Shown here piece after piece: positions 37,375 to 49,993 of a stretch of 64,000 nt of DNA. The stretch's first letter is position 1; every line of letters starts with the position of its first letter. The notes beneath the pieces were generated by a model. It worked only from the letters and a program-made list of their open reading frames with translations. It ran no database searches and was not told where the DNA came from. Both the position numbers and the translations under genes were made by a program. The DNA comes from Octopus sinensis. Its lineage: Eukaryota. The stretch covers positions 53,816,001 through 53,880,000 of the forward strand of contig NC_042998.1 of the NCBI RefSeq assembly GCF_006345805.1, written 5' to 3'.

Positions 37375-37887
37375 TGTGGTCTAGTACAGAGAAACAGGGT
37401 AATGCTGTTAGTAGGAGAGGTTGGGAAGGTGAAAGAGAAGAGTAAAGTGAAGTGTCGGAAAGAAACAGAGGACACTAAAAAAAATAACCATCTGGAATTT
37501 TTAACGAGGATTTCCAAGGGTCCCTTCACAGTTCATGTTATCTATTAAAACCTCATCCTTTCACACTGCCTCAGCTTCTCATCATTTTTTTCATTTTCTT
37601 CATAATTTTGTCATTTTTGATTGTTTGCTTTTCATGTCTCCATTGTTAATTGTTAACTTCTCAATTGTCGCTTTCTTCTATCTGTTCGTTCACCTTGTCA
37701 TTCCTCCCTTCATTCTTCTTATCACGTTCACAAGTACCTTAACGCATACCCGTACTAACTTCTCTTAACTTCGCTTAGCTTATTGTCCCCTGTTTCTTGC
37801 AGACACTACACTTTACTCCCCACTTTCACCTTCCGAACCTCTCCTACTAATGGTGTTACCATGTTGTCTTTCTGTACTAGATTACCA
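37375..37887. repeat. Diverged inverted repeat, ~105-bp arms, ~300-bp spacer
   Basis: 37375-37478 versus the reverse complement of 37780-37887; 71-bp core has 9 mismatches. Confidence 0.85.
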
Positions 37888-37915
37888 ATACTAGATACTT
37901 ATGTGCGCTGCTTAA

Positions 37916-38106
37916 ACACCAGACAGAGGCAGATATGATTATGACCATGAGCACAAAGACATCCTGAAGCAGGAACCAGATGCCGAGTATGAGAGCAGCC
38001 ATCACCAAAATGGACATGAACATGAGCACAGCTGTCACCATGTCAACAACCACTGCCACAAATACAAACATGATGACAAATGCATGACACACACAAACAC
38101 ACATAT

Positions 38107-38137
<31 letters not shown>

Positions 38138-38324
38138 TACACATACACACACACACATGCAGGATCCAGCGACTGACATACCAACCAGGGGTGGTGACAT
38201 GTGGATGGCAGATCGCCTGCAGCTCACTACCATTGCTAGCAACAGGATGGTAGTGGTGAAGCTTGAAGGAGTTGTTGGATTGCAGCAGTGATCGATGCAG
38301 CCAACTTGGTTTGGCTGTCCTACA
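37916..38324 (+). mobile_element. Possible LTR-retrotransposon 3' end: His-rich frame, PPT-like tract and short TG..CA block
   Basis: Open frame 37916-38176; AGGGGTGGTGA at 38187-97; TGTGGA(38200)...TCCTACA(38324). Confidence 0.3.
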
Positions 38325-38449
38325 AAAAAAAAAGACCCTTTAAAAATGTATAGCATTAAAAAACCCGCTATACTTCAGAGCTAGGTGAAGCAAAATCACC
38401 CCAAATGAAAGTGGTAAGCACGTATTTAGTTGTAATTGCTACTCTCATG

Positions 38450-38990
38450 TTGACTTCTGGGGCAATTTAATCTCACGCAGTTCTTAATATATATATTGTT
38501 TGACAACACTATAACATCTTTAAAGGCATTTTCCCTGGATGATAAACCACTGTTCCTGACATTTGAATAACTCATGTACATTAAATATATGGTGCTGATA
38601 ATGTTTACATTATAAATCTTCTTCTATTACATGTTTTGAATTTATTCTACTTGTGCAGCATCATTGCAAATTAGCAAATAGTTTTTACACTATTTGTATA
38701 TGCTTCAGGCTAGAGATTTCAATTTCGTTTCAGAAATTACTAAAATGTGCAGTATTTATAAGCTGCAATTACAGCAAAATGTGTATCTACCATTCTTGTG
38801 TTCACACCTGGGGCAATTTCATTTTGCTAAACTCTGAAGTATATTGTGTTTTTAATACTATAATGTTTTTAAAGGGATTTTTCTCAGATGATAAACTGCA
38901 GCTCCTGGCATTTAAACAGCACATGTACATTAAACATGTAGCATTGGTAATGTTTACATTACATATTGTTTCTACTGCCCTTCACTTTTC
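38450..38990. repeat. Old tandem duplication, period ~355 bp
   Basis: GGATGATAAACCACTGTTCCTGACATTT...ATGTACATTAAA versus AGATGATAAACTGCAGCTCCTGGCATTT...ATGTACATTAAA. Confidence 0.7.
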
Positions 38991-39039
38991 TGTCCTTGTG
39001 TCCAAGTAAATTTCACTAAATTTAATTTCTTGCCTACAG

Positions 39040-39107
39040 GAGATTTCCTTTGTTTGAGTTATGGGAAAGCCTTTATGAAATTAGCCAAGTTAACAAGGTT
39101 TAAACAG
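39040..39107 (+). other. Candidate internal exon, 68 bp
   Basis: Acceptor TTTCTTGCCTACAG| and donor CAG|GTATAT; product not recognised. Confidence 0.2.
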
Positions 39108-39299
39108 GTATATACTTGATTAATTTAAATGATTGGGTTGTGTTGCTATGGAGAGTAATCATCATTCACTGAGCTGTATTTATTAAGGGTTGTAGACCTT
39201 AAACATTTTCCCAGTTTGGGATTTATAAACTGCAAAGCACCATCCAGCAGCAGATACTTTCAAAGTAATTATTTCAATTTCTTCCATCTTATTATTGAA

Positions 39300-39375
39300 G
39301 TAATAAGATGGAAGCAACTGAAATGGTTTGGCCATGCAATATGAAAGCTGCTTAATGACCACATACCATTTGTGT
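39300..39375 (+). pseudogene. Ancient RTE-like RT C-terminal fragment
   Basis: IRWKQLKWFGHAI*KLLNDHIP (R.L.WFGH motif). Confidence 0.4.
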
Positions 39376-39559
39376 TCAATTAAACTGTCCCAAACCCTAC
39401 ACTATACAGCTGACCAGCTAAGAGCTGGACCTCTCAGATCCATAAAGATATAGTTACAACAAAAGTAGTAGCAGAGAGTAAGGCATCCAATTAAATGGGT
39501 GGCAATGGTCCAGCTGGCACAAAAGAATGAGTCACTCTTTAGCATATGTATTGGTAATG

Positions 39560-39760
39560 TCAGGCCCAAAAATTCAATCCATTTTATGTTCAAACTGACC
39601 AGATCTGACTTCTCACGCCTACCCTACAATGTCATTCTAAAAATATATATACTCACATCATTAAAATCACAAAGCTATAAGATAATGCAGGATTAATTTA
39701 AAACAATGTAAATAAATAAGCATTACATTTGACAAAGTAATCTGAATGTTAAATGGTTAA
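39560..39760. mobile_element. piggyBac-type MITE
   Basis: Homologous to 4050-4265; ends AAATGG+TTAA. Confidence 0.6.
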
Positions 39761-40242
39761 GTGACTAAGATTAAAACTAAGAAAAAATATATATAGTAAT
39801 TGTTATAAGAGCTAACTTTCACTATTTACTTATTATGAAGATGATAGATATCCCTTGGTTACATCTCAGTGAATTTATGCTATGTTGTTATATTATTGTA
39901 TGTACAACCATTTTCTGTAGATGCAGATATTTCTTTCTCTCCAACAATCTGACAAACACATAAATAACTGAAATTATCACTGTGTTTGCTGAAAGTCAAA
40001 CAATTTTTCGTCCTTGATATCTTGTCTGTTTCTAATTTTAATTAAGTCAATCTTGCCTCTTAGTTTATTTAAACACTGTTTACAAATGTTTACCTCACAT
40101 CAGTAGAGGTATAATCTTGATTAATTAAGGAAAGCTCTGGAACCAAAGGTTCTGGAGAATCGAAGTTGTACCTGTATCTCAAAGGAGGAGGTGTGATTTT
40201 CAGTCAACTGACAGTAGAAGTGATGTAATTAGATTTACATAT

Positions 40243-40285
40243 TACTAATTCCTGATATCTTCATTTTTATGTATTTTTATTCAGG
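40243..40285 (+). promoter_or_regulatory. Candidate 3' splice site
   Basis: TACTAAT branch-like motif (40243-49), T-rich tract, TTCAG|G at 40284/40285. Confidence 0.3.
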
Positions 40286-41544
40286 GATGTTCAGTCACTT
40301 TCTTTTTATTTGAGAAATGTACATTTTTGAGTGTTCTTAGAGTTGAGCTCCATTTAGAAACACTGTTTATCTTCCTGTTATCAAGGCTGACAGGGTTTTT
40401 AGTTTAGTGACTGTTCTTCTGTAGACAGCTAACCTTTTAAAAGTTATTCACACACTCCATCATGACTCAAAGCATTTTTTTTGTCGAGTATAAATTAAAT
40501 AAGTACTATATTGTTTACTAACGTTTTGTTTTTAACTGTTTGTTCCCTTTCATTAGATTAACATTTAGAAGCTTCTTTATAAAGTAATATATGACAGTTA
40601 ACATATTTTGACATCAGAATTTTACTGAAGTGGATTATCAGAACTACAATTCTTAAAGAACCTTCTCTTTTGTTGAAGATAAAAATAATCAGAAAATATC
40701 TCTGAATATCTTGAAACATTTAGTAGTTGATAGAACTTTTAATCAAATTTATGTTATGTTTAAACACACATATGCATACAATATGTATGCATGCTTGAAT
40801 ATATGTACACACACAAACACACACACACAGATATATATATATATACATATGTTTAATTTTGTATCCACACATGTGAGGTGTCATAATTTCTATCCTTTAG
40901 GGTTTCATTTTATCTTCTGAGAATAATTTCTGAAATATTCGTTCATGTTTTTTAGTCAGAGAAGTACTTGATAAAATATTTATCTTTCTACATTTGTGTG
41001 ACTACGTGTGTATATGTTTATGTGCCTCTGTGTTCAAGTGTGTATGTACATATATATGTATGTTTATTTGTGTGCATGCACCTGCATTAGCATAACATGT
41101 AGGTTTGAATTTATTGTCGTGGTGGTGAGAGAGAAAAATTAAGATTTTATAATGTCAGTTAAAATTCAATTTTTTTATTTTGCATAAAAAAAAAAAACAG
41201 TTCGTCTTATAAATCTATGAACGTAATTTTTTCCTGAAATGCCATCAGCATTTTAAATTAGGTAAGAAACTGAAATATAAGAGTTGGAAGTAAAATAAGT
41301 ATGTATTAAAAAAAATTTCAAGAAAGAAATATTAGTACAAGACATTTAGAATTTGGTCTATGAATTATTAGTGCTTAAGATTAAACAAATATGGTGAATG
41401 TTTCAGTTTCACAATAGAGAGACTCTCTGTTTCATGATATAATTCCAAGATGGTGGATTGGCAGAAGTATTAGTATAGTACAAAATGTTTGCAATGCTTG
41501 TTCTGGCCCTTTATGTCCTTGGTTCAAATCTTGCTGACAGCTGC

Positions 41545-41735
41545 TGCTGATCATCATCATCATCATCATCATCATCGTTTAACGTCCGTTCTCCATGCTA
41601 GCATGGGTTGGACGGTTCAACCGGGGATCTGGGAAGCCAGGAGGCTGCACCAGCCCCCAATCTGATCTGGCAGTGTTTCTACAGCTGGATGCCCTTCCTA
41701 ACACCAACCACTCCGTGAGTGTAGTGGGTGGTGTG
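41545..41735 (-). mobile_element. RTE-like 3' tail with (GAT)n
   Basis: Reverse complement of the 16230-16395 tail. Confidence 0.8.
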
Positions 41736-41893
41736 TTTACATCCCCATAACTTGGCGGTTTGGTAAAAGAGACTGATAGAATAAGTACTAGGCTTACAAA
41801 AAAAAAAAGTCCTGGGGTCGATTTGCTCAACTAAAGGTTGTGCTCTAGCATGGCCACAGTCAAATGACTGAAACAAGTAAAAGAGTAAGAGTA
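41735..41893 (+). mobile_element. SINE-B tail
   Basis: Family tail. Confidence 0.8.
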
Positions 41894-42411
41894 AACCCTC
41901 ACCAAGGTAACAAAACACTGAGAAACAGTGTATTTTGTTGTCTCAAGATGAAAGCAACTGTTCAATAGCTTTACTTTATAAAAGAATACAGTATTCAGTG
42001 TGTTATTCAGTCTTTATTTTTAAGATGGTAGAATTTGGTTTGAAGGAGATTTGGATGCTATTTTTTGCAATTTGCATAACCATGCAAAGGCTCTTTTGTT
42101 GGCAACTTGTTTTCCCTCAATTCAGTCTTGATTGAACAAATCTATGTATGAAAATTCCATTCATGACCATCCCATTTTGTTTTCAAACTGTATACTGGGA
42201 CTAGTATCAAAATGACATCCATCCTTTTTTTTAAGATGATAAGGTATTTCTGGGTAATTTGATAGTTATTTTGTTTTATATTAACAGAAAGAGCAACCTC
42301 AACAGAAGCTCATGAGAATATGAGATAGCTGAGATGCCACCAGACACTAACTCAGAGGTCAGCTGTTCATATCTAATCCTTGGCACAACATTCTCTCCAT
42401 AGCCAATGCAT

Positions 42412-42640
42412 TTAACTCTTTCATTACCAATCCAGCTGAAACCGGCTCTGGCTCTTTAGTATGAATGTCTTGTTTCCATAAGTTTTGAATTCAAATCTTC
42501 CACCAAACCTTAGTCACAATTTATGTTCCTAATACTAGCTTAATGATAACGAAGATATTTTACTAAATTCTTTGTTATATTTTAAATAATTGGAAGAAAC
42601 ACAGAACATATCAAAATTAATACAGTAACAAAAGGGTTAA
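42412..42640. mobile_element. piggyBac-type MITE
   Basis: TTAA-CTCTTTCATTAC ... GTAACAAAAGGG-TTAA. Confidence 0.75.
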
Positions 42641-43392
42641 GAGGTATTACCACTTTCCTGAGGTGACATGTAGAGACCGAATCAAGAACCATGTGGCCTG
42701 GAAGCAAACTTCTTACCACCACCCCCACTTATTTATTATATTTATTTTAAGGAGCCTCACAAGCCATTGAGCAGAAGGGATGCTACTGATTACCTCACTG
42801 ATATTTACTGCATCTAGAGCAAACCAACTTTTAGGAGGCCATCTCTTTCTAAGCTATTTATCCATAAAAGCTGTTAAAACTAACATGGCAAGCTATCAAA
42901 ACATTTGTCAATTTTACTGGATTGCTTGCTTCAGCTTACAGCTGTGAACTGCATGTGCATTACCATATACATTTACAGAAAGGTGGATTGGGTCATTTTA
43001 GCGTTGAATGTACGAATCAGTAATTCTTTAGCTGTTAGTCCAACACCTAATAATTTGACCATCTGTGGCTTGAGGCTTTCTTATCTTTGTGATAATTTGT
43101 TTGCAAGTTTCAAATAAACATGAACCACCAAACCATAACTATGTCTTTAAGGATAACATTAAATCTATATCTGCTTTATTTACCGTTAGCAACTGGGTTT
43201 TATTTGATAAATGGACGATGATTTCTTACTAACATATGAAGCTTTGATACATGTATATATGTACGTTTATATATGTGTGCATGTGTGCATTTGTGTGTGT
43301 GCATTTGTGTGCGTGTATTTTATTTTTATTTCATCTAGTTTCAGCTCACGAGCTGTGGCCATGCTGGGGCACCACCATATATATTTATATAT

Positions 43393-43476
<84 letters not shown>

Positions 43477-44124
43477 TTATAAATGTATGGATCTGTGTAT
43501 ATACATATAGATGTGTATGTTTATGTATGTTATATGCACACACACACACAAATGATATACACATGCATACATGTGTGAGTGCGTGAGTGTGTGCGTTTTG
43601 AAAGTAGGGAAATTAGAAACTGTGCAACTCATAGCCAGAAGATAAGACTAAAGTAATTTTGAATATAAAAACATTGATTATGGAAAATACAAGACCACAA
43701 TAGCTGACATGCGATGTTAAACTTGTATTGGCATTCTTTATTCATGTCCACATTCAAATTCAAAGAAAATTATACAAACTCATACACTTTGCCATATATA
43801 ATTACTGAAAAGGTATGTTAATATAAATGTCTATGTATTGGTAAATTTATGTTGATAGACACATATATACTCATATATACATCAGTGCAATATGTTAATC
43901 TGAAGTCGCACACTTATCTATCTATACACCAAGAACACATATACGTGTAATGAAGATGGAGTAATGATAAAGACAGAAACCTGGTTGAGAGATTTTCAAT
44001 TAAGGAGGTATTTATCGCCTTCGTTTACAAGGAAAGATATTGTTATGATAAATGGCCAAATTGTGGAGAGTTAAGATGTTGTTTTTCTTTGTACAGCTGT
44101 GGAGACAGACAAGAAAATTCAGTA

Positions 44125-44357
44125 ATAAGGCAGTGAGCTGGCAGAAACGTTAGCATGCTGGGCGAAATGCTTAGCAGTATTTTGTCTGCTGTTATGTTCT
44201 GAGTTCAAATTCCACCGAGGTTGACTTTGCCTTTCATCCTTTCGGGTCGATAAATTAATTATCAGTTACACACTGGCGTCAATGTAATCGACTTAATCCG
44301 TTTGTCTGTCCTTGTTTGTCCCCTCTATGTTTAGCCCCTTGTGGGCAAGAAAGAAAT
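44125..44357 (+). mobile_element. SINE-A with a 14-bp TSD
   Basis: AAGAAAATTCAGTA at 44111-124 and 44358-371. Confidence 0.9.
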
Positions 44358-44984
44358 AAGAAAATTCAGTAGATGATCAGCAGTCAAGTCAACAGATCAT
44401 CTCTTCAGCTAGACCATTCTTTCAGTGTTCTCTGTGTGTGTCTCCCAATACTCTGTGTGTGTCTCCCAATACTTTTAGAGTTGTCTGTGCTCTTTCACAC
44501 AGCTCTGGCATTCTGCTTCAGGTGCCTGAAATGTGGCATTTTTATAGCAAAAAAATCAACTCAGAGAGACAGCTTCAAAAGCTAGAATCTCTGTAGGAGG
44601 TCAACTCTAGGTAGTGTCCTGATTGGTCAGAATTTCCTTATTCTAGCCAATCAGGACTTTGGATATAGTGACTAAATATTCCTGCTACATTACACATTAA
44701 TGACCTGTAGGGACACCATATTTCGTTATGCAACCATAGCATGCTAAAAAGCATATTAAACATTTTTATAAGTCAATATTGTGTTCTACTGTGTTAGCAG
44801 TGCTATTGCAGCTCTTGGTAAGGTTATCTCTACTGAACTTTTTTAGAAATTATAGCCAGTACTGATTTTCTTATGACATTGAAAAATGTATGTATATATA
44901 TATATATATATACACACATATATATATATATATGTATATGTATATATACACACACATATATATACATATATATTTGTGTGTGTC

Positions 44985-45315
44985 TGAACTTGCATGGCTC
45001 AGTGGTTAGAGTGTCAAGCTTATGATCATGAGGTTGTGAGTTCAACTCCTGGACCGGGCTGTGTGTTGTTCTTGAGCAAGACAATTTATTTCATGTTGCT
45101 CCTGTTAACTCAGCTGTAGAAATGAGTTGTGTCATCACTGGTGCCAAGCTGTATCGGCCTTTGCCTTTCCCTTGGAGAACATCAGTGGTGTGGAGAGGGG
45201 AAGCTCGTATGCATAGGCGACTGCTGACCTTCCATAAACAAACCTTGCCTGGCTTGTGCCTTGGAGGGTAACTTTCTAGGTGCAATCCCATGGTCGTTCA
45301 TGACTGAAGAGCGTC
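44985..45315 (+). mobile_element. SINE-C, full length
   Basis: TGGCTCAGTGGTTAGAG A-box-like and GAGTTCAACTCC B-box-like motifs. Confidence 0.85.
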
Positions 45316-45724
45316 TCCTCATATATCTATCTATCTATCTATCTATCTATATATATATATATATATATATATTGAAGTTGTCTGTGTCTTTGTGCCTGTA
45401 TTTGATCCCCACCACCACTTGACAACTAGTGTTGGTGTGTTTATATCCCCATGACAGAGAGAATAAGTATCAGACTTAAGAATAATTTTAATATAAAAAA
45501 AATATTGGGTTTGATTCATTTGACTAAAAGTCCTTCAAGGTGGTGCCCCAGAATAGCCACAGACTGATGACTGAAACAAGATAAAAAAAGTCCTCTAAAA
45601 ATCAAACCTCTGGTGAAGATCATGTAATTATTTTTACTGGATCTGACTGCAACAAAGGAAAAGGAATTGATCCTCTTGTATTGAGGATATCAATGAAAAT
45701 GAAATAGTGTGAATGATGAAAGTA

Positions 45725-45797
45725 CATGACATATGAACAAGCATGACATATGAACAAGTGACATATGAACAAGCATGACATGACATATGAACAAGCA
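45725..45797. repeat. 17-bp minisatellite (CATGACATATGAACAAG), about 4 copies
   Basis: Direct inspection. Confidence 0.9.
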
Positions 45798-46352
45798 ATA
45801 AACCAATGGGTTTTATTAAGAACAACCGGCTAATTTGGAAGAACCCAGAGCAGCAAGGAAAATTTCTAGAGTGTTTAGAGGACTCAATGGTCAGTAAGGT
45901 TGTTGGATTATAAGCTGGTTGACACAAAGTGGAAATCCTTTCGCAAACTCTTGATGAGACCTTCATTCTTGTTTTGGATCAAATATGCTTGGAGCTTTCA
46001 TGTTGCTTTCCATAAAAAAAAATTCTAATATAAAAACTCATCTTAATGCCCAAAATGCCTGATTTTTTCAATGCAAATGACCGATCTCAAATCTTTGGCA
46101 GAAACATTTCACCTGAAATTGGACAACCACAAGGGAGAGATATGTTGAATGAATTTGAATAATCTGAAAGCAGTGCCACAGGGTAAAAGTTTCATTGAGT
46201 GGAAGATACATGTTTTTAACTATCTGATTAAATTACTTGGGTTTTGAATCTCTCAAGGACACCTTCTTTAAACTATTTAAATTGTTTAAAATTATATTGT
46301 AACACTGCTTGTAAACAGTGCAGGATATGAACATCAACAGGTTAGACAATTT

Positions 46353-46740
46353 ACTCTTTTACTTGTTTCAGTTATTTGACTGTGGCCATGCTGGAGCACT
46401 GCCTTTAGTTGAGCAAATCGACCCCAGGACTTATTCTTTGTAAGCTTAGTACTTATTCTATTGGACTCTTTTGCCGAACTGTTAAGTTACGGGGATGTAA
46501 ACACACCAGCATCGGTTGTCAAGCGATGTTGGGGGGACAAACACAGACACACAAACATATACACACACATACATATATATATACATATATACGACAGGCT
46601 TCTTTCAGTTTCCATCTACCAAATCCACTCACAAGGCTTTGGTCGGCCCAAGGCTATAGTAGAAGACACTTGCCCAAGGTGCCATTCAGTGGGACTGAAC
46701 CCAGACCCATGTAGTTGGTAAGCAAGTTACTTACCACACA
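46353..46740 (-). mobile_element. SINE-B flanked by 70-bp direct repeats
   Basis: Repeats at 46283-46352 and 46749-46818. Confidence 0.9.
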
Positions 46741-47684
46741 TCCAAAACTGTTTAAAATTATATTGTAACACTGCTTGTAAACAGTGCAGGATATAAACAT
46801 CAACAGGCTGGACAATTTAGGCATAATTTTCATGAGTAGATAATGTGTCAGAAACATGAATCTTGATGACATTGTCCTTCATTTCACAGAAAAAGTACAA
46901 GAACAGGAGAATAGTCATTATGAAGTTTGTGTTACTATAATGCATGACAAGATTTTTATCTTTTATTTGTTTCAGTCATTGGACTGTAGCCATATTGGAG
47001 AACTGCCTAGATGGGATTAGTCAAACAAATTGACCCAAATACAATTTTGAAAGTGTGGTACTTAATCTATCAATCTCATTTGCCGAACCACTAATACTAT
47101 GGGGATTTAAACAAATCAATTCTGGTTGTCAAGAAGTCTGAAGAGGAGGCGGAAAAACACAAATTGAAAGACATATACACCATATACAGAAGCATACACA
47201 CACACACACACATACGCATACATGCACACACACACATACACATATATGCACATACACATATACATAGATTACATGCACACATATGTACACACACATACAC
47301 ATATACACACACATGCATACATTACATGCACACATTTGCACACACACATACACACACATGACAGGTTCCAAACTGTTTCCATTTAACAAACATGTCATTG
47401 GTAGACCTGAGGCAATAGTAGGAGACACATACCAAAGGTGAACAGAGGTGGGACTGAACTCAAAATCACGTAGTTACAAAACAAGCTTCATAACCACAAG
47501 GCCATATCTGTTAATTATTTTTTTTTAGACATCTAAATTTTACTTTATGCCAGACACCTCCTAGGATTTCAATCCCAAAATTTACCGTTTTATCTTTTGT
47601 GTGTGTATGTGTGTAGTGCTGCTTTACATTTTCCATTGCATGCTTTGTCTGAAAGTTTTTATGTGGAGTAAGTGTTTGGAATAG

Positions 47685-47910
47685 AATTGCCAAGCAATGT
47701 TGGGGGGACAAACACAGACACACAAACATATACACACATATACATATATACAATGGGCTTCTTTCAGTTTCCATCTACCAAATCCACTCACAAGGCTTTG
47801 GTCAGCCTGAGGCTATAGTAGAAGACACTTGCCCAAGGTGCCACACAGTGGGACTGAACCCGGAACGATGTGGTTGGTAAGCAAGCTACTTACCACACAG
47901 CCACTCTTAT
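47685..47910 (-). mobile_element. SINE-B, 3'-truncated
   Basis: Head, core and microsatellite. Confidence 0.85.
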
Positions 47911-48295
47911 GCATATGTGAACAATTTTGTTATGCTTTCAATTTTTTTTACGTGAGAAAACATAAATGTGTTTGATTATATATATAGGCACACATGCAAT
48001 ACATACATATACATGCACTCACAAACATAGAGAAACTTATACACACAACACACACACACACACTTACAGATGGAAATGCAAACATACAAACATTTTCTAC
48101 CTTCCCTTGTTAGATATACATATCTTGAAAGTGTAGGCAGAAGCAACAGCATAATGTGATTATTTGTATGTGTGTGTGAGTGTGCATCTGTGTACACACA
48201 TAGGTAGGGGCTCAGCTGTGTGGTTCTGAACTTTACCTTCAGCCATATGGTTTTGTGTTCAGTCTCACTACATGGCACATTGAGCAAAAGCCTTC

Positions 48296-48364
48296 TACTT
48301 TTAGCTCTGAGTCACACAAAACTTGAGAATAGATCAGGTATATGGCAACCAAAAGAAGACTATC

Positions 48365-48403
<39 letters not shown>

Positions 48404-48634
48404 CGTTAGGAATGGCATCCAGCTGTAGAATCTCTGCCAGATCAAGATTGAAGCCTGGTGCAGCCATCTGGTTCGCCAGCCCTCAGTCAAATCGTCCAAC
48501 CCATGCTAGCATGGAAAGGGGACGTTAAACAATGATGATGATGATATATATATATATATATAATGATAGTCTTCTTTTGGTTGCCATATAATTGATCTAT
48601 TCTCAAGGTTTTGTGTGGCTCAGAGCTAAAAGTA
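48296..48634. repeat. Near-perfect local inverted duplication, ~72 bp plus (AT)n arms
   Basis: 48296-48367 versus the reverse complement of 48561-48634, enclosing an RTE tail. Confidence 0.9.
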
Positions 48635-48639
48635 AAAGT

Positions 48640-48810
48640 AGGTGCAGGCATGGGTGTATGGAGAGTAGCTTGCTTACCAACTACATGGTTCTGGGTTCAG
48701 TTCCACTGTGTGCCACCTTAGGCCAGTGTCTTCTACTTTAGCCTCCAGCCAACCAAAGCCTTGAGAGTGGATTTGGTTTGATGGAAACTGAAAGAAGCCC
48801 GTCATGTATA
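48640..48810 (+). mobile_element. SINE-B head
   Basis: Family head and core. Confidence 0.75.
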
Positions 48811-48814
48811 TGTG

Positions 48815-48871
<57 letters not shown>

Positions 48872-48881
48872 TATATATATA

Positions 48882-48917
<36 letters not shown>

Positions 48918-49444
48918 AACTTACTTGGAAAAGATGCATGGCGTTCGATCATATAATATAAAAAAATATATGCATATATACATACATATATGTACATACC
49001 TACATATATATGTGTATATACATGCATATATGGGTACAGGACATCAAAAAAACGTTGAACACAATGAGAAACAAAAACAAAAACATAGAAATGAACTTTT
49101 TAACAAACAACAAAAAAACATCCCTTTTATCTGTCAATCCTTGTGCAAAAATCAAACACTTGAAAGAATCTGAGGATCTTTTTACTAGGATTTCAACAGC
49201 AGATCAAAAATTAATTTTTTGTAACTAAACAGTTTCAAACTTCAAACACTGGTACAATGTGTCATATAAAACATCTTTTACTCTTAGCTTTGTTGAGAAA
49301 AGTTTCTATTTACGAAGCTGTTTCGTGTTAAAGTTGTCGTATTTCGGTAAATTCAACCAATCAATGACGCGTATTCAGCTGAATAGAATTACTGCTGTTG
49401 TTTGTCAACAACAACTTTGGTTGGTGTATATTTCATTTGTCCTC

Positions 49445-49720
49445 TGAGGCACAAGTCTAGGTCAGGTTGTTTATGGAAGACCAGCAGTTGCCTATGCATA
49501 CTATCCTCCCCTCTCTACACCACCAATGTTATCCAAGGGAAAGGGAAAAGCTTGGCACCAGTGATGTTGCAACTCATTTCAACAGCTGGGTGAACTGGTG
49601 CAACATGAAGTGAAATGTGTTGCTCAAGAACACAACACACAGCCCAGTATAGGAATCAAACTGACTATCTCATGATTGTGAGCCTAAAGCTCTAACCACT
49701 GAGCAATGCACCTTCACGGA
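49445..49720 (-). mobile_element. SINE-C
   Basis: Homologous to 44985-45315. Confidence 0.75.
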
Positions 49721-49917
49721 CATATACATATCGCTTATGAATTTGTTTTGCAAGATTCTTGATGTGAAATTGTGTGTTGAAACAGATATTATCATATTTT
49801 GGGATGGCCATTATTTTATCTTGTCACATGCTCTGTATATTCATTCTCCACTTGCTTATTATTGTTCTTATTTCCTCGTGTATCCATTGTCTGGAAATCT
49901 TTTATCACACTAAACAG

Positions 49918-49993
49918 AACAGGAGGAGACACATGAGACGGAAGAGTTGCTGAAGAGATCACAGGTGTGGTGGATGTTTGCCAGACAATGGAG
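49918..49993 (+). other. Candidate exon inside a hairpin
   Basis: CTAAACAG| acceptor, GAG|GTAAGA donor, open frame QEETHETEELLKRSQVWWMFARQW. Confidence 0.2.

Noticed and set aside
37877-38356. 159-aa hydrophobic membrane-like ORF on the minus strand
   Set aside because: Antisense shadow of the His-rich frame and the CA repeat
44985-45060. tRNA gene
   Set aside because: A/B-box head continues into SINE core and tail, with no acceptor stem closure; the same applies to the other SINE heads
45815-45915. CR1 endonuclease-like peptide (KFLECLEDS)
   Set aside because: Short, weak match without neighbouring APE motifs
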